NCBI GenBank assembly: GCA_051003155.1
Contig: JBPCLO010000031.1
Span: 64,001-128,000 of the forward strand
Direction of reading: 5' to 3'
DNA: 64,000 nt
Source: Fimbriimonadales bacterium
Lineage (GTDB): Bacteria > Armatimonadota > Fimbriimonadia > Fimbriimonadales > ATM1
Position numbers and translations under genes: made by a program. Below are positions 51,100-61,019 of this stretch, in pieces. Every line of letters begins with the position of its first letter. Position 1 is the first letter of the stretch. The notes under the pieces were generated by a model, which worked only from the letters and a program-made list of their open reading frames with translations, ran no database searches and was not told the DNA's origin.

Positions 51100-51517
51100 A
51101 CGCATGACTTCAAGGTGCTTTTTAAGGAGCATAGCGGGCATCGGTGATCGCACCGCACCGGTTTCCTAGCCGGAGGCCGGGGTCATCCACATTTGCGAGG
51201 ACGCCGAAAGCCTCACCGCTTCGGTCGGGCTGAATCCGCTGATTCGTCGCTCGGGCGCCTCGATTTATGGCCAACCTCGCATCTCCAAAATGGGCAACAA
51301 GCACGCAAGATGCCGCTTCTCCATGCCGGCGCTCGTTGCTACCAGGCACAACCCGGTCATCGAGGCGTTCTAAGAAATGCTGCTGGCTGAAGGCAAGCAC
51401 AAGTAAAGCGCGCTACTGGCCCCTTGCCGAAAACTCGTAATGCTGGCTTACTGCGTGCTACGCTCCGGAAACCCTTCAAATTCCGTGCGGAGCTCTTGAC
51501 AACGTGAGACAGCATCT
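51100..51517 (+). mobile_element. IS110-family transposase remnant with probable right end
   Basis: LRSIAGIGDRTA...VGLNPLIRRSGAS...RISKMGN...MPALVATRHNPVIEAF*...GK...RKL, with stops; ends CTTGAC-N5-GAGACAGCATCT. Confidence 0.8.
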
Positions 51518-51632
51518 GCCACCCCAAAGTTTGTGGAAATTGAGGTCACGCCCACGCAGCCGCTGTTCGTCCACGCAAAGGCGCGCTAAACTTGGGTCAA
51601 ACGACGATTCGCGCGCGATCGGCTCGCCGTCG

Positions 51633-52226
51633 TTAGTTGTCTTTGCGGCCGAATAGGCCGCCGGCGAAGCGCTGCAAGTCGTCCAAGACGCTGCCGTCGC
51701 TGTTCCGATCCAGAATCTTGGTGATCGAGCCCATGAGGCCAGGTTGAGCGGCTTCCGCCTCTTTGGTCTGCCCACCGAGGAGGCCCGACAATCCGCCGGC
51801 GTCCATCCCGCTGCCACGGAGCTTTTTGCCGATCAGGCCCATCACGATGGGGGCGAGAATCTGCAAGAGCAGCGCGGTGGCGTTCGGGTTCAGGCCGGTT
51901 CCCTTGGACAGATCGCCTTCAACCGGCTCGCGGTTCGCGCCAAAGATGTGGCCGAGAATCTCCGCTCCGTCGAAGGCCTGTGGATTGGCGTAAACCGCGT
52001 CCAAGTTTCCGAGCACGCTGCCGTCGTGGTCCTCTTCCAGGGCCGTATAGAGCGACTGGGCACCCTCGGGTTCGGCGGCGTTGCGCGAGAGGGCGGTCAG
52101 CAGCAACGGGATGCTGGCGGCAGTGGCTTTCTCGACGGTTTCCTTGTCTGCGCCGAGCGTCCGGCTAAGCTGCTCGATGCCCTGCGGGCCAAGTTGTTCT
52201 TTGACTTCCGATAGTAATGTGGTCAT
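51633..52226 (-). CDS. DUF937 family protein
   Basis: ALEEDHDGSVL, GAEILGHIFG, LAPIVMG, LDRNSDGSVLDD. Confidence 0.85.
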   Translation of the reverse strand: MTTLLSEVKEQLGPQGIEQLSRTLGADKETVEKATAASIPLLLTALSRNAAEPEGAQSLYTALEEDHDGSVLGNLDAVYANPQAFDGAEILGHIFGANREPVEGDLSKGTGLNPNATALLLQILAPIVMGLIGKKLRGSGMDAGGLSGLLGGQTKEAEAAQPGLMGSITKILDRNSDGSVLDDLQRFAGGLFGRKDN

Positions 52227-52398
52227 TGTGTGTCCTCGTTAGTTGGTTCACCCAATCTACCCGTTACAGGCTGTAGACCTCGGGGTGCATGGGTTGATAG
52301 AGCATGATCTCTCCTGCGGCCGGGAGCACGAGCGTAGTGGTAAGCCCGAAGCCTTCGTCGAAATTCCGCCTTTGGGCCAACTTCCATCCTCCTGCACC

Positions 52399-52953
52399 TC
52401 ACAAAGCAGCCTCACACCGATCAATCGCGAAATCTGAACAGTGCCCTGCGTAAGCTCTTGCGCTCGACCACTCCCAGTCGAGCTCCGATTCGCACAAGCC
52501 GCGGCGTACCGGGTTTGCGTGAATGTTTGCGATAGACGCGCGAATCGCACGCGGCGAGTACAGGTTTCGGTCATACCCGCCTCCGGCTTGCCAGAAACGA
52601 TACGATAAGGTGCCGTCTCTCTTCGCAACTCGGAGCCGGTCCATCAGATCGGGCGAGACGTGGCGCAATTCCTCTAGGATCTTCTTCGCGATGGGCGGGG
52701 TCATCAGAATTCGCGCGATCTGATACTTTTCGTTCCTTGGATGAATCAGCAAGTGAGCATGCTCCGGCATTACGACGAATGCCCAAACATCGAAATCCTG
52801 CCGCTTTCTCGCTTCATTGAGAGACTCGATCACTAACCCCTTCGCCGCGCCGCTCGCTAAAGGTGGCAGCCGACGATAGCACGAGAAAGTCAATTCGTGC
52901 GCGTGGCCGACGGGCTGGATGGCCCTCATAGGGTGAAGTGTCCTTCGGGTCAC
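52399..52953 (-). mobile_element. REP-associated tyrosine transposase (RAYT), copy 1, catalytic Tyr missing
   Basis: HELTFSC, MPEHAH (HUH), RFWQAGGGYDRN, SIANIHANPVRRGL, WEWSS. Confidence 0.85.
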
Positions 52954-53017
52954 ACGGACAGATTCGCCAAATCGCTCCTGCGGGGCGGAAACCTGTGCTG
53001 CGAATCTGTCCGTGTGA
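52950..53017. repeat. REP-like hairpin 5' of RAYT copy 1
   Basis: Perfect 18-bp inverted repeat TCACACGGACAGATTCGC/GCGAATCTGTCCGTGTGA. Confidence 0.85.
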
Positions 53018-53049
53018 CGGGCGTTCGACTAGCAACACCGTCTCGCCTG

Positions 53050-53605
53050 TCAAAGCGCACTCTCACAGACTTCGACCGCAAGAACGCTCTCGCTCATGCC
53101 GGAGTAGCTCCCGAGGCTCGACCACTTCCAAGCCAAAGCCGAGTCGACCAAGCCGCGGCGAACGGGGTTGTTGTGAATGTAGTCGATCGACGCCCTTAGG
53201 GCCTTGGGTGAGAAAAGATTCCGGTCATATCCTCCGCCATTCTGCCAGAATCGATAGGTAACGGTTCCATCCTTTCTAATTACCTTTAGCTTCTTGAGTG
53301 CGTCGGGCTTGTTCTTCGCTAGGTAACCGATCGCCCGTTGCGAAACTGACTGTTTGATTGCCTTCCTGATAGCGCCGATATCGTAGTCTTCTTTGCGGGG
53401 ATGGAGTAGGAGATGCACATGTTCCGGCATGAACACATACGCCCAGATCGCGAAATCATGTCTTGCCTGGGCTGCCTCGATCGCGTTCGCGAGCCAAGAG
53501 CACGGAAGCGCACTTTCTAGTAATTTGAACCTGGTAACAAGAAAACGTAAGTTCGTGCGCGTGACCGGGTTCGTTGTATGTCTTCCGCAACTTGTGCTTG
53601 GGCAT
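53050..53605 (-). pseudogene. RAYT copy 2, frameshifted near 53530
   Basis: MPKHKLRKTYNEPGHAHELTFSCYQ, then in another frame RFKLLE...MPEHVH...SIDYIHNNPVRRGL. Confidence 0.85.
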
Positions 53606-53629
53606 CGGAAATCCGTTGTTACCGAAAAG

Positions 53630-53700
53630 CCGCCCACGGACAGATTCGCTTTAGCTTCCCGTTTGCGTAAGTCCACCCCGCGAATCTGACCGTGCCACCC
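53630..53700 (-). repeat. REP-like hairpin 5' of RAYT copy 2
   Basis: CACGGACAGATTCGC...GCGAATCTGACCGTG. Confidence 0.85.
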
Positions 53701-53846
53701 GCCGTCTCGGGGAGCCCCATGCCCAGCGTCGCCGCGTGCGTGCCGAACTTCGTGCTGAAATTGATGAACCAAGTGACAGAGCGCCTTCCGCTGTCGGGAG
53801 CCATTTACCTGCGATAGGCTCGAAATATACCATATTGAAGGCTCTG

Positions 53847-53993
53847 CGGAGTCTTCCGGAACCGTTGCCAAGCCTTCCGGACCGGTCCCAGAGCGTTCCG
53901 GAATGGTCCCAGGGCTTTCTGGAATGGTCTCAGAGCCCTCTAGAACGATCTCAGAGCCTTCCGGAACGGTCTCAGGGCTTTCTGAAACGGTCT
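53847..53993. repeat. 21-bp degenerate tandem repeat, 7 copies
   Basis: Consensus about CAGAGCCTTCCGGAACGGTCT at exact 21-nt period. Confidence 0.9.
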
Positions 53994-54101
53994 CGGAAGC
54001 CTTTGTAGATCAGAATTAGTCAGCACGCAGTTATGCTCTGACACCCACAGAACTAGCCACCCGTTCCCGGTCCGGGGATAGAAACCCGGCATACGGCACG
54101 A

Positions 54102-54518
54102 TTAGGCGAACCGGGCCAGCGGGTCCTGAGGATCAACTGGCCGCTGAATCACCCAGTCAGCTCCGGACTTCCAAGCTCCTTCGACGGCCGCGTCGCTAGC
54201 CTCAACAACGACGAGAACGGCCGGCTTGGGTGTCGGCCAATCGATGTCTGAACGCTTGCAGATCGCCGGGTCGTCAGTAAGCACCACGTCGCAGCGCATC
54301 GCCACCAAGAAGATATCCAACAAGCCGTCACAATCGGTCGTTTCCCATCCCAGTCTGCGGAAAGCGTGCATAAAGGCGGCCACTTCTAAGTGTTCTAGGA
54401 GATCGATGAGGATCGATCGCTGGCCATGTTCGCTTGGCTCACCGAGGGCGATCCGCAAGCTTCGCGGAGGAACGCGGCGCTCTCCTAGAGGTTCAGCCTC
54501 AGGACCGGAGTTCACCAT
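54102..54518 (-). CDS. Hypothetical protein, possible degenerate receiver-like fold (start uncertain)
   Basis: CDVVLTD...PAVLVV...AWKSGADWVIQRPVDP. Confidence 0.4.
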   Translation of the reverse strand: MVNSGPEAEPLGERRVPPRSLRIALGEPSEHGQRSILIDLLEHLEVAAFMHAFRRLGWETTDCDGLLDIFLVAMRCDVVLTDDPAICKRSDIDWPTPKPAVLVVVEASDAAVEGAWKSGADWVIQRPVDPQDPLARFA

Positions 54519-54693
54519 CTCATTATGAAACCTGACAGCAGACTTTACGCGGCCACCCCGCGCCAGAGTCGTTCTGCAGATTCAAAGCAGAAGCAAGAAG
54601 GCGACTGCGATCCCGCCACGAACGGGAGGTTGCGACTCTATCTGATGTATAGTTTTCGACGTAGGCGTATTGATAAGTAGGAGGCAGAAACAG

Positions 54694-55341
54694 ATGAGAC
54701 TCAATCGATTTGGATTGACCAGCGCGGCCGCTTTGTGTGTTGCGGGAGCTTCCATCGCGCAATTCTACGGCGGCGACTACGATGGCCGCAGCGGCTTAGC
54801 CGTATTCCGCGATGCTTATACCTATGAAGACTTCTACGTCGATGGCGCTGGGTGGACGGTCACCGGTATCTATGCGAACGTCCTCGTCAAACAGCAATTT
54901 GCCCGGATGAACTGGGAGATCCGCAGCGGCATGACCGAGGGCGACGGGGGCACACTCGAAGCCAGCGGATCGGGGCCTATCACGCAAATTCTCACCGGGC
55001 GAATTGGGGGTAACAATTACCCAGAGTACGAACTTCGTATCAGCGGCCTGAATATTGACCTCATTCCGGGAGCGTATTACGTGGGCGTCAACGTTGCCAG
55101 CTCGAGCTACGCGTGGGTTTCTACGACCATGGGCGCTAACGGTTTCGGATCTCCCCTCGGAAACGGCAATTCGTGGTTCGATAGCGCGTACTTCGGCTTC
55201 GACTTCGCCAGCACCGACAGTGATGAGATTTTTGGCCCTGGCTTCTGGGACTTCTCATATGGCGTGGTTCCCGAGCCCGCGACCCTAGCTGCCCTCGGCG
55301 TCGCCCTGGCAGGTCTCGCCGCTTGCCGGCGCAGAAGCTAG
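54694..55341 (+). CDS. PEP-CTERM sorting domain protein (paralog of 16810-17484)
   Basis: AGGAGG SD, signal peptide, VPEPAT + TM + RRRS. Confidence 0.9.
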   Translation: MRLNRFGLTSAAALCVAGASIAQFYGGDYDGRSGLAVFRDAYTYEDFYVDGAGWTVTGIYANVLVKQQFARMNWEIRSGMTEGDGGTLEASGSGPITQILTGRIGGNNYPEYELRISGLNIDLIPGAYYVGVNVASSSYAWVSTTMGANGFGSPLGNGNSWFDSAYFGFDFASTDSDEIFGPGFWDFSYGVVPEPATLAALGVALAGLAACRRRS

Positions 55342-55413
55342 CTTCCATTCTCTTACCTTCACAATTAACAGCGGCCACCACATTGGATGGCCGCTGATTC
55401 CTCCCAGCTTCCC

Positions 55414-57578
55414 TTAGAACTTGCGCATCAAGAACATGTTGAAGCGGTTGTCGCGGCCCGACGGCAGGCCGAGGTAGTCGGTGACCCAGTAGATGTAGTT
55501 CGCGCCGAGCTCGAGGCCGCTCCCCAACTGCCACTTGTTGTGGACATAGAAGGCGGAGTTGCGGGTTCGGCCGTCCGCCGGCACGTCGTCATCGTCGGGT
55601 CGTCGAGCGTGTAGCCGAGGGCCAGCCGATGCGTCGGGCTCGCGCTGAAGCCGAGCTCGATCCAGCCACCGTTGCTCGCGATCTCCTCACCGGTCGTCGT
55701 GTTCACGCCCTGGCCGATTCCGCCCCGGATGTCGCTGAGATTCGAGCCCGTCCACGCCTCTCCCTTCACATCGAGAACTTGGCTGAGAGCGAACGACCAG
55801 TCTATGCCGAAGCCGGACGACGTAAAGTCCGTCTCACCTCCGACCGGAGTGGCAGTCTCCTCTTTGGAAATGGTGCCCCAAATGCCGGCAGCGTACTTCG
55901 AGCCCTTGATCCCAAGCCTTGCCTGGACGTTCGGAATCCCGCTGTCCTCGCCGTCGCGAACGCCGTTGTTGTCCATGTCCTTCCCGTCGATCGCGCCGGT
56001 TAGGCCGAGCGCGACCGCCATCGACATCCCGCTCTCACCTTCGTACGTGTAGCGGATTTGCGCCCTGCGGTCGCCGAGATTCCCGGCGTTCCACATCAGC
56101 GTGTCGTCGCTCGGCGACGGGAAGAGAGGCGAGGCGAGGTCCCACGTCTGGCCGACGAGCCACGTGGAGCGGCCCTGCTTGGCCTGGATGTAGAGGTGCC
56201 GGGCGCGCGGGTTGGGCCGCGACGGGCTGCCTCCGCCCTGGAAGTCGATCTCGATCTTGCCGCTCACGTCCATTTTGCCGGGCGCCGCTTTGAAGTCGAC
56301 TCCCAGCCTCGTGAGGTCGGGATACAGAGTGAACTGCTCGTCCGAGCTCCCCGAGTTGATGAACTGGGGCGACTCTGCGTTGTTCGCTTTCGACGCATCG
56401 TATACGCCGTCCGCGCGGACGAAGCCGTAGACGGAAACGTTCTCGCCCGACGGAGCGGTGACCGGAACCTGGGGCTTCGCGCCTGCCTTCACTCCTTTCA
56501 GTTCGTCGATCTCCGCCTGTTGCTTCTGCACGATGCGGCGCAGCTCGTCGATCTGAGCCTGCGGGTCCTGCGGGTCGAGCAGCTCGTACGCCAAGTCCCA
56601 TTTGGCTTCGACGGGCTTGCCGTCGGCCTCGGCGTAGGGATAGATGAAGTTATTGAGCGGCCCAGCGGCCTGCTTTGGCGCGAGAACGATGTCGCGACCA
56701 CGCGAAAAGGCGACGGCGGATCGCTCGAGAACGAGCTGCCCCATCAACGAATCGCTGATGTCCTTCTTGCCCGCGTCGAGCCACCGGCGCGCATCGGACG
56801 CATCGACCGGCAGCCAGCCCCTGTCTTCGTCGTAAAACCAGGTCCAGCAGTGGTATCCGCCCACCTTGCCCTTCGCCGGAATCGGATCGGCAAGCGGGAT
56901 GCCCGTGATCGGGAACCCGTATTCGAGGTACGCCGGAACGCCTTGGCTGCGCGCCAGCGAGATCACGTAGCTGTGCAAGTCGGAGCAGTTGCCCTTCTTA
57001 TAGTCGCAAACGAACGCGACGTCGCCCTCGCCTAAATGTGGCGACTCTTTCTTGTAGTCGTACTGCATCGTGGCAACCACGTGATCGAAGATGTCCTTGA
57101 CCTTGCCGTATGCAGTGGCTTCGCCACCCGTGACATCGACGGCGATGTCCTTGTACCTGCCGGTGATCGGAACGAGCCTATCTGCTCCGAGGTACATGCG
57201 CGCATCGGGGCCGCCTTCTTTGCGCACATCCACCAAGCCGGCCGTCTCGCGAGCGACATCGAACGTAACGGCAACCACTGCCGGACCGCTCGCGCTGTCG
57301 GAATGAACGTAGATCATGCGGTTGCCGTTTTTCGCCTCTTTGGTGATTTTGTAGACGTACGGGCTGTCGACCTTGAGGTTCGTGATCGTTTGGAGTTCGT
57401 TATCCGAAGGAATCGGAATCCAAAGATTCAGACTTTTGCCGGATGGTGGGGACGGCACGGTGGCCGTGAACGTGAAGCGCGTGTTGAGGACACGCGGCGG
57501 AGGGTCAGCGCTTAGCGCTTGCGAGGCCAGCGGACACGCCGCCAGCAAAACTGCGAAACTCATTGTGCGGGCGCCCAT
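55414..57578 (-). CDS. Transglutaminase-like domain fused to a DcaP-like porin; 1-nt frameshift at about 55598
   Basis: GNCSDLHS, YHCW, PVDAS triad; coiled coil; VYGFVRAD, TRLG, GQTW barrel motifs; the shifted frame ends FLMRKF*. Confidence 0.75.
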
Positions 57579-57649
57579 TGTAGGCACCTCCTGGGACTCT
57601 TCAAAATAATCCTCCTTTAGACTGGATTCTTGTGACAGTACCCAATGCC
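57568..57649 (-). promoter_or_regulatory. Duplicated promoter/leader, copy 1
   Basis: Near-identical to 58407-58487. Confidence 0.8.
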
Positions 57650-57678
57650 TGCCCACAGGGTTCCCCGATCTTCCGGCA

Positions 57679-58443
57679 CTACTGCTTGTCAGCAAGCGTA
57701 GTCGCGGACACGTCGTAAATTGGTAACCGAATGTCGGAAGGCAGTTCGATAATGCCCAATGCGCGTTCCCCGTCAACCTCCCAGCCGTCGGCGCCCAGTG
57801 CCACCCGCTCGAAATCGCCTTCGTCGGTAACCTTTACAGTACGCGGATATAGTGTGAATGCAACCGCCTGTACTTCGATCCTATCGAAAGTGGGCCCCAG
57901 CGTCCTTCCCGCTATCGTCCCCGATTTGTACAGCCTTATCTCTTTAGACATTCCTGGCGTCGAACCCTGCGCAAGGCGGCCCCAATAGATCAGAGCGGTG
58001 ACCTCGAAGCCATCATCCTCAGACACCTTTCCCTTTGGGTCATAAAGCATTGGAAGAATTTTCGGCGAGGCGTCGACTATCTCGTAGCGGATCATGATCC
58101 GCCGAGAGTTGCTTGATCTCATGGATACCTCTTGTCGCGATGCTAGCTCCCACCTAGTCGCCGAGGTCGCCCCAAGGGCGGCTAGGTCGTATGGTCGAGC
58201 CGTTAGCGCGGTGGGCTCGCGGTCGAAGACGATAAAAGGGGAGTTCTCAGATGCCCGGGCTTGAAGTCCGAGCCGCTTAAGTAAAGCGTCATTTCCGTAA
58301 CTTTGACTGGAAGGGGATACCGCGAGGGGCTCTGACTGTGGCGCGGCCGCTCCATGATCATTCGACTGCCGGCAACTGACAATCAGCATCGTCACGACCA
58401 CACATCCGGGCGCCCATTGTAGGCACCTCCGGGGACTCTTCAA
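57679..58443 (-). CDS. Putative lipoprotein
   Basis: AAGGAGG then TTG; hydrophobic stretch ending LIVSC. Confidence 0.6.
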   Translation of the reverse strand: MKSPRRCLQWAPGCVVVTMLIVSCRQSNDHGAAAPQSEPLAVSPSSQSYGNDALLKRLGLQARASENSPFIVFDREPTALTARPYDLAALGATSATRWELASRQEVSMRSSNSRRIMIRYEIVDASPKILPMLYDPKGKVSEDDGFEVTALIYWGRLAQGSTPGMSKEIRLYKSGTIAGRTLGPTFDRIEVQAVAFTLYPRTVKVTDEGDFERVALGADGWEVDGERALGIIELPSDIRLPIYDVSATTLADKQ

Positions 58444-58487
58444 ACAATCCTCCTTGTATCTGGATTGTTAAGAGAGTACCTAATGCC
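58407..58487 (-). promoter_or_regulatory. Duplicated promoter/leader, copy 2
   Basis: Near-identical to 57568-57649. Confidence 0.8.
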
Positions 58488-58573
58488 ACTTAGAGGGTTC
58501 CTTCTTATGTGGAACAGCGCGTCTGGAGCCAGGACACGCCTCGACGGATGGCAATTCTCGGAGAACCTACGAC

Positions 58574-59125
58574 CTACGGAAAACCGATCGCGCGGAGCTT
58601 TTCAGAACTTGAAACCAAGTACGTCGACGGTACTTGCCGTCCATCTGCTTCATAAACCGTCTTGGATATAACTCCAATGGGTGCGAGGTGCCTGTAGACC
58701 AATACCCGCCCTTGGTACCCAAAGGCTCGTTCGAACTTAGACCGATCGCCGCTCTTGAAGACTGCCCCAAGTTGTTCGACTTTCAGAGCGGCGCCTATCG
58801 TTCCCGCAACACTGGTTTGCGAGCGGTAAAGTTGCGCCTTCCAAAGGATAGTTTGGGCTTCGATGTCCACCATAACTAAGCGGCTCCAATTCGGGATTCG
58901 CTCCAACACGATTGGCCGCAGCGGCGAGTCCTCGAAGAACAACCAGGTGACTTCGTGGCCTTCGCCTAAGAGAGATAGAGTCGAAAGCTCCTTTTGGGAA
59001 AGGACGGCGAGAGACGCGTAGTACCGCGCGTGGGCATGATCGTTCTCCGAAAGCGCGCGAATTGCCATTTCGCGAGGACTCTGGCTAGCGAATAAGCACA
59101 AGACGAGAACAGCGGGAACCATCAT
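58574..59125 (-). CDS. Hypothetical secreted protein
   Basis: Short hydrophobic N-terminus; fills the gap divergent from trpD. Confidence 0.55.
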   Translation of the reverse strand: MMVPAVLVLCLFASQSPREMAIRALSENDHAHARYYASLAVLSQKELSTLSLLGEGHEVTWLFFEDSPLRPIVLERIPNWSRLVMVDIEAQTILWKAQLYRSQTSVAGTIGAALKVEQLGAVFKSGDRSKFERAFGYQGRVLVYRHLAPIGVISKTVYEADGRQVPSTYLVSSSEKLRAIGFP

Positions 59126-59214
59126 TACTCTTCGGGTGCGCCTATTATTGCCTCAAAAGGCAGTTGGGATTCTAGAGTGCCTCCATGCAGAAATCCCTTC
59201 ATAATGTACGCCAG

Positions 59215-60249
59215 ATGACGATTACGGAAGCCATCGGGCACGCGGTCGTGCGCAGGAACCTGCAGGAAACGGACGCGCGGGCTGTAATGGACCTGATCAT
59301 GGACGGTGAGGCGACGCCTGCCCAGATCGCAGCGCTGTTGGTCGCGCTTCGCATGAAGGGCGAAACGGGACCGGAAATCACCGGATTTGCCAAGGCCATG
59401 CGCAGCCGCGTGACACCGATCCGGTCGAGTAGAACCGACGTCATCGACACCTGCGGCACGGGCGGTGATTCGCTTAAGACTTTCAACTTGAGCACCGCGT
59501 CGGCCATTGTCGCCTCCGCCGCCGGTGTCCCGGTCGCAAAGCACGGAAACCGGGCGGTCTCCAGCAAGTGCGGCAGCGCGGATATCCTCGAAGCCCTCGG
59601 CGTGAACCTGATGCTTAGCCCCGAGGGGGCGACGAGGCTGCTGGATGAAATCGGAATCACCTTCCTCTTCGCGCCGAATTATCATCCCGCCATGAAGCAC
59701 GCCGCCGCCCCGCGTAGAGAAATCGGGCTCCGAAGCATCTTCAACCTCGTCGGCCCACTGACGAATCCCGCCGGCGCAGACCGGCAGCTCATCGGAGTCT
59801 ACGCGCCCACCCTGGTGCCGAAAATGGCCAAGGCCCTGAGAAGCCTTGGGTGCAAACGGGGGGTCGTGGCTCATGGATTGCTCGGCCTCGATGAGGTCGC
59901 TCCAATCGGCGCCACGCGGCTCGCGATTATCGAAGAAAAGGAAATCATCGACCGGGTTATGCAGGCGGAAGAGTTTGGAATCGTGCCGCCATCGATCTCC
60001 GAAATAGCCTGCGGAGCCGATATCGGGGAAAGCCGGGCGAAAATCGGACGGGCATTAGAGGACGCCCAATCGCCGGAGGCGAGGGCCGTGCTTCCCAGCG
60101 CGGGAGTCGCGATCTGGGTCGGCGGAAGAGCCGACAGCATCCACGAGGGAGTTGTGGCCGCCAGGGAAGCGATCGCCTCCGGGAAAGCGGCGGCGAAGCT
60201 GAAAGCGCTCATCGAAATGAGCAACCAGTTTGGGGCGGTCCCTGCTTGA
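59215..60249 (+). CDS. trpD: Anthranilate phosphoribosyltransferase
   Basis: DTCGTGGD, TFNLST, KHGNRAVSSKCGSAD, GPLTNP. Confidence 0.96.
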   Translation: MTITEAIGHAVVRRNLQETDARAVMDLIMDGEATPAQIAALLVALRMKGETGPEITGFAKAMRSRVTPIRSSRTDVIDTCGTGGDSLKTFNLSTASAIVASAAGVPVAKHGNRAVSSKCGSADILEALGVNLMLSPEGATRLLDEIGITFLFAPNYHPAMKHAAAPRREIGLRSIFNLVGPLTNPAGADRQLIGVYAPTLVPKMAKALRSLGCKRGVVAHGLLGLDEVAPIGATRLAIIEEKEIIDRVMQAEEFGIVPPSISEIACGADIGESRAKIGRALEDAQSPEARAVLPSAGVAIWVGGRADSIHEGVVAAREAIASGKAAAKLKALIEMSNQFGAVPA

Positions 60250-61019
60250 GCGTTTTGAGCCAAATCCTCGAAGATAAGCGGGATGCGCTTCGTAGCCTGC
60301 CTAGTGTCGCGACCCTGGTTCGGCTGGCCGGCGATGTTCCACCGCCCCGCGGATTCCTAGCCCGAATCGAGCAGGACGCCCAACCTGTGGCCCTCATCGC
60401 AGAGATCAAGAAGGCGAGCCCCAGCCGGGGAACCATAGTCGAGAACTTCGATCCGAGACGCATCGCGACGGATTACGAAGAAGGCGGCGCGAGCTGCTTG
60501 AGCGTGCTCACCGACGAGAAGTATTTCCAGGGTTCTTCGGACGATTTGGCGGCTGCCCGGAACGAGGTGGGCTTGCCCGTGCTGCGAAAAGACTTTATCG
60601 TCGACGAACGCCAGGTTTACGAGAGCCGCGCGATGGGCGCGGATTGCATCCTCCTGATAGTCGCTGCGCTTGAGTTGCCGCAGCTCAACGATTACTGTGC
60701 TCTTGCGCGTGAGCTCGGCATGGACACGCTCATCGAAGTCCACGATGAGAGGGAGATGGAAGCCGCCGGCCTTGCGCAAGCTAGGCTGATCGGGATCAAC
60801 AACCGAGACCTGGCCACCTTCGAAACCGATCTGGGGACAACTGTACGGCTCGCACCGTATGCGCCGCAGGGATCCGTACTCGTAAGCGAAAGCGGGATCT
60901 GGACGAACGACGATGTGCTCCGGGCGGCCGAGGCGGGCGCTAAAGCCGTACTGGTCGGAGAAAGCCTCGTGCGGCAGGCCGATATTCCGAGGGCCGTCAG
61001 GGAGCTACTCGGAAGATGA
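60246..61019 (+). CDS. trpC: Indole-3-glycerol phosphate synthase
   Basis: IAEIKKASPSRG, SVLTDEKYF, LRKDFI, GINNRDL, SESG. Confidence 0.96.
   Translation: MSVLSQILEDKRDALRSLPSVATLVRLAGDVPPPRGFLARIEQDAQPVALIAEIKKASPSRGTIVENFDPRRIATDYEEGGASCLSVLTDEKYFQGSSDDLAAARNEVGLPVLRKDFIVDERQVYESRAMGADCILLIVAALELPQLNDYCALARELGMDTLIEVHDEREMEAAGLAQARLIGINNRDLATFETDLGTTVRLAPYAPQGSVLVSESGIWTNDDVLRAAEAGAKAVLVGESLVRQADIPRAVRELLGR

Noticed and set aside
53847..53993. CRISPR array (also considered at 15497-15564)
   Set aside because: 21-bp contiguous units with no unique spacers, and no cas genes
57568..58487. DGR template/variable repeat pair
   Set aside because: The repeats are 5' leaders, the differences are not adenine-specific, and there is no reverse transcriptase
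59126..59214. trp attenuator / leader peptide
   Set aside because: No Trp-rich leader or terminator visible
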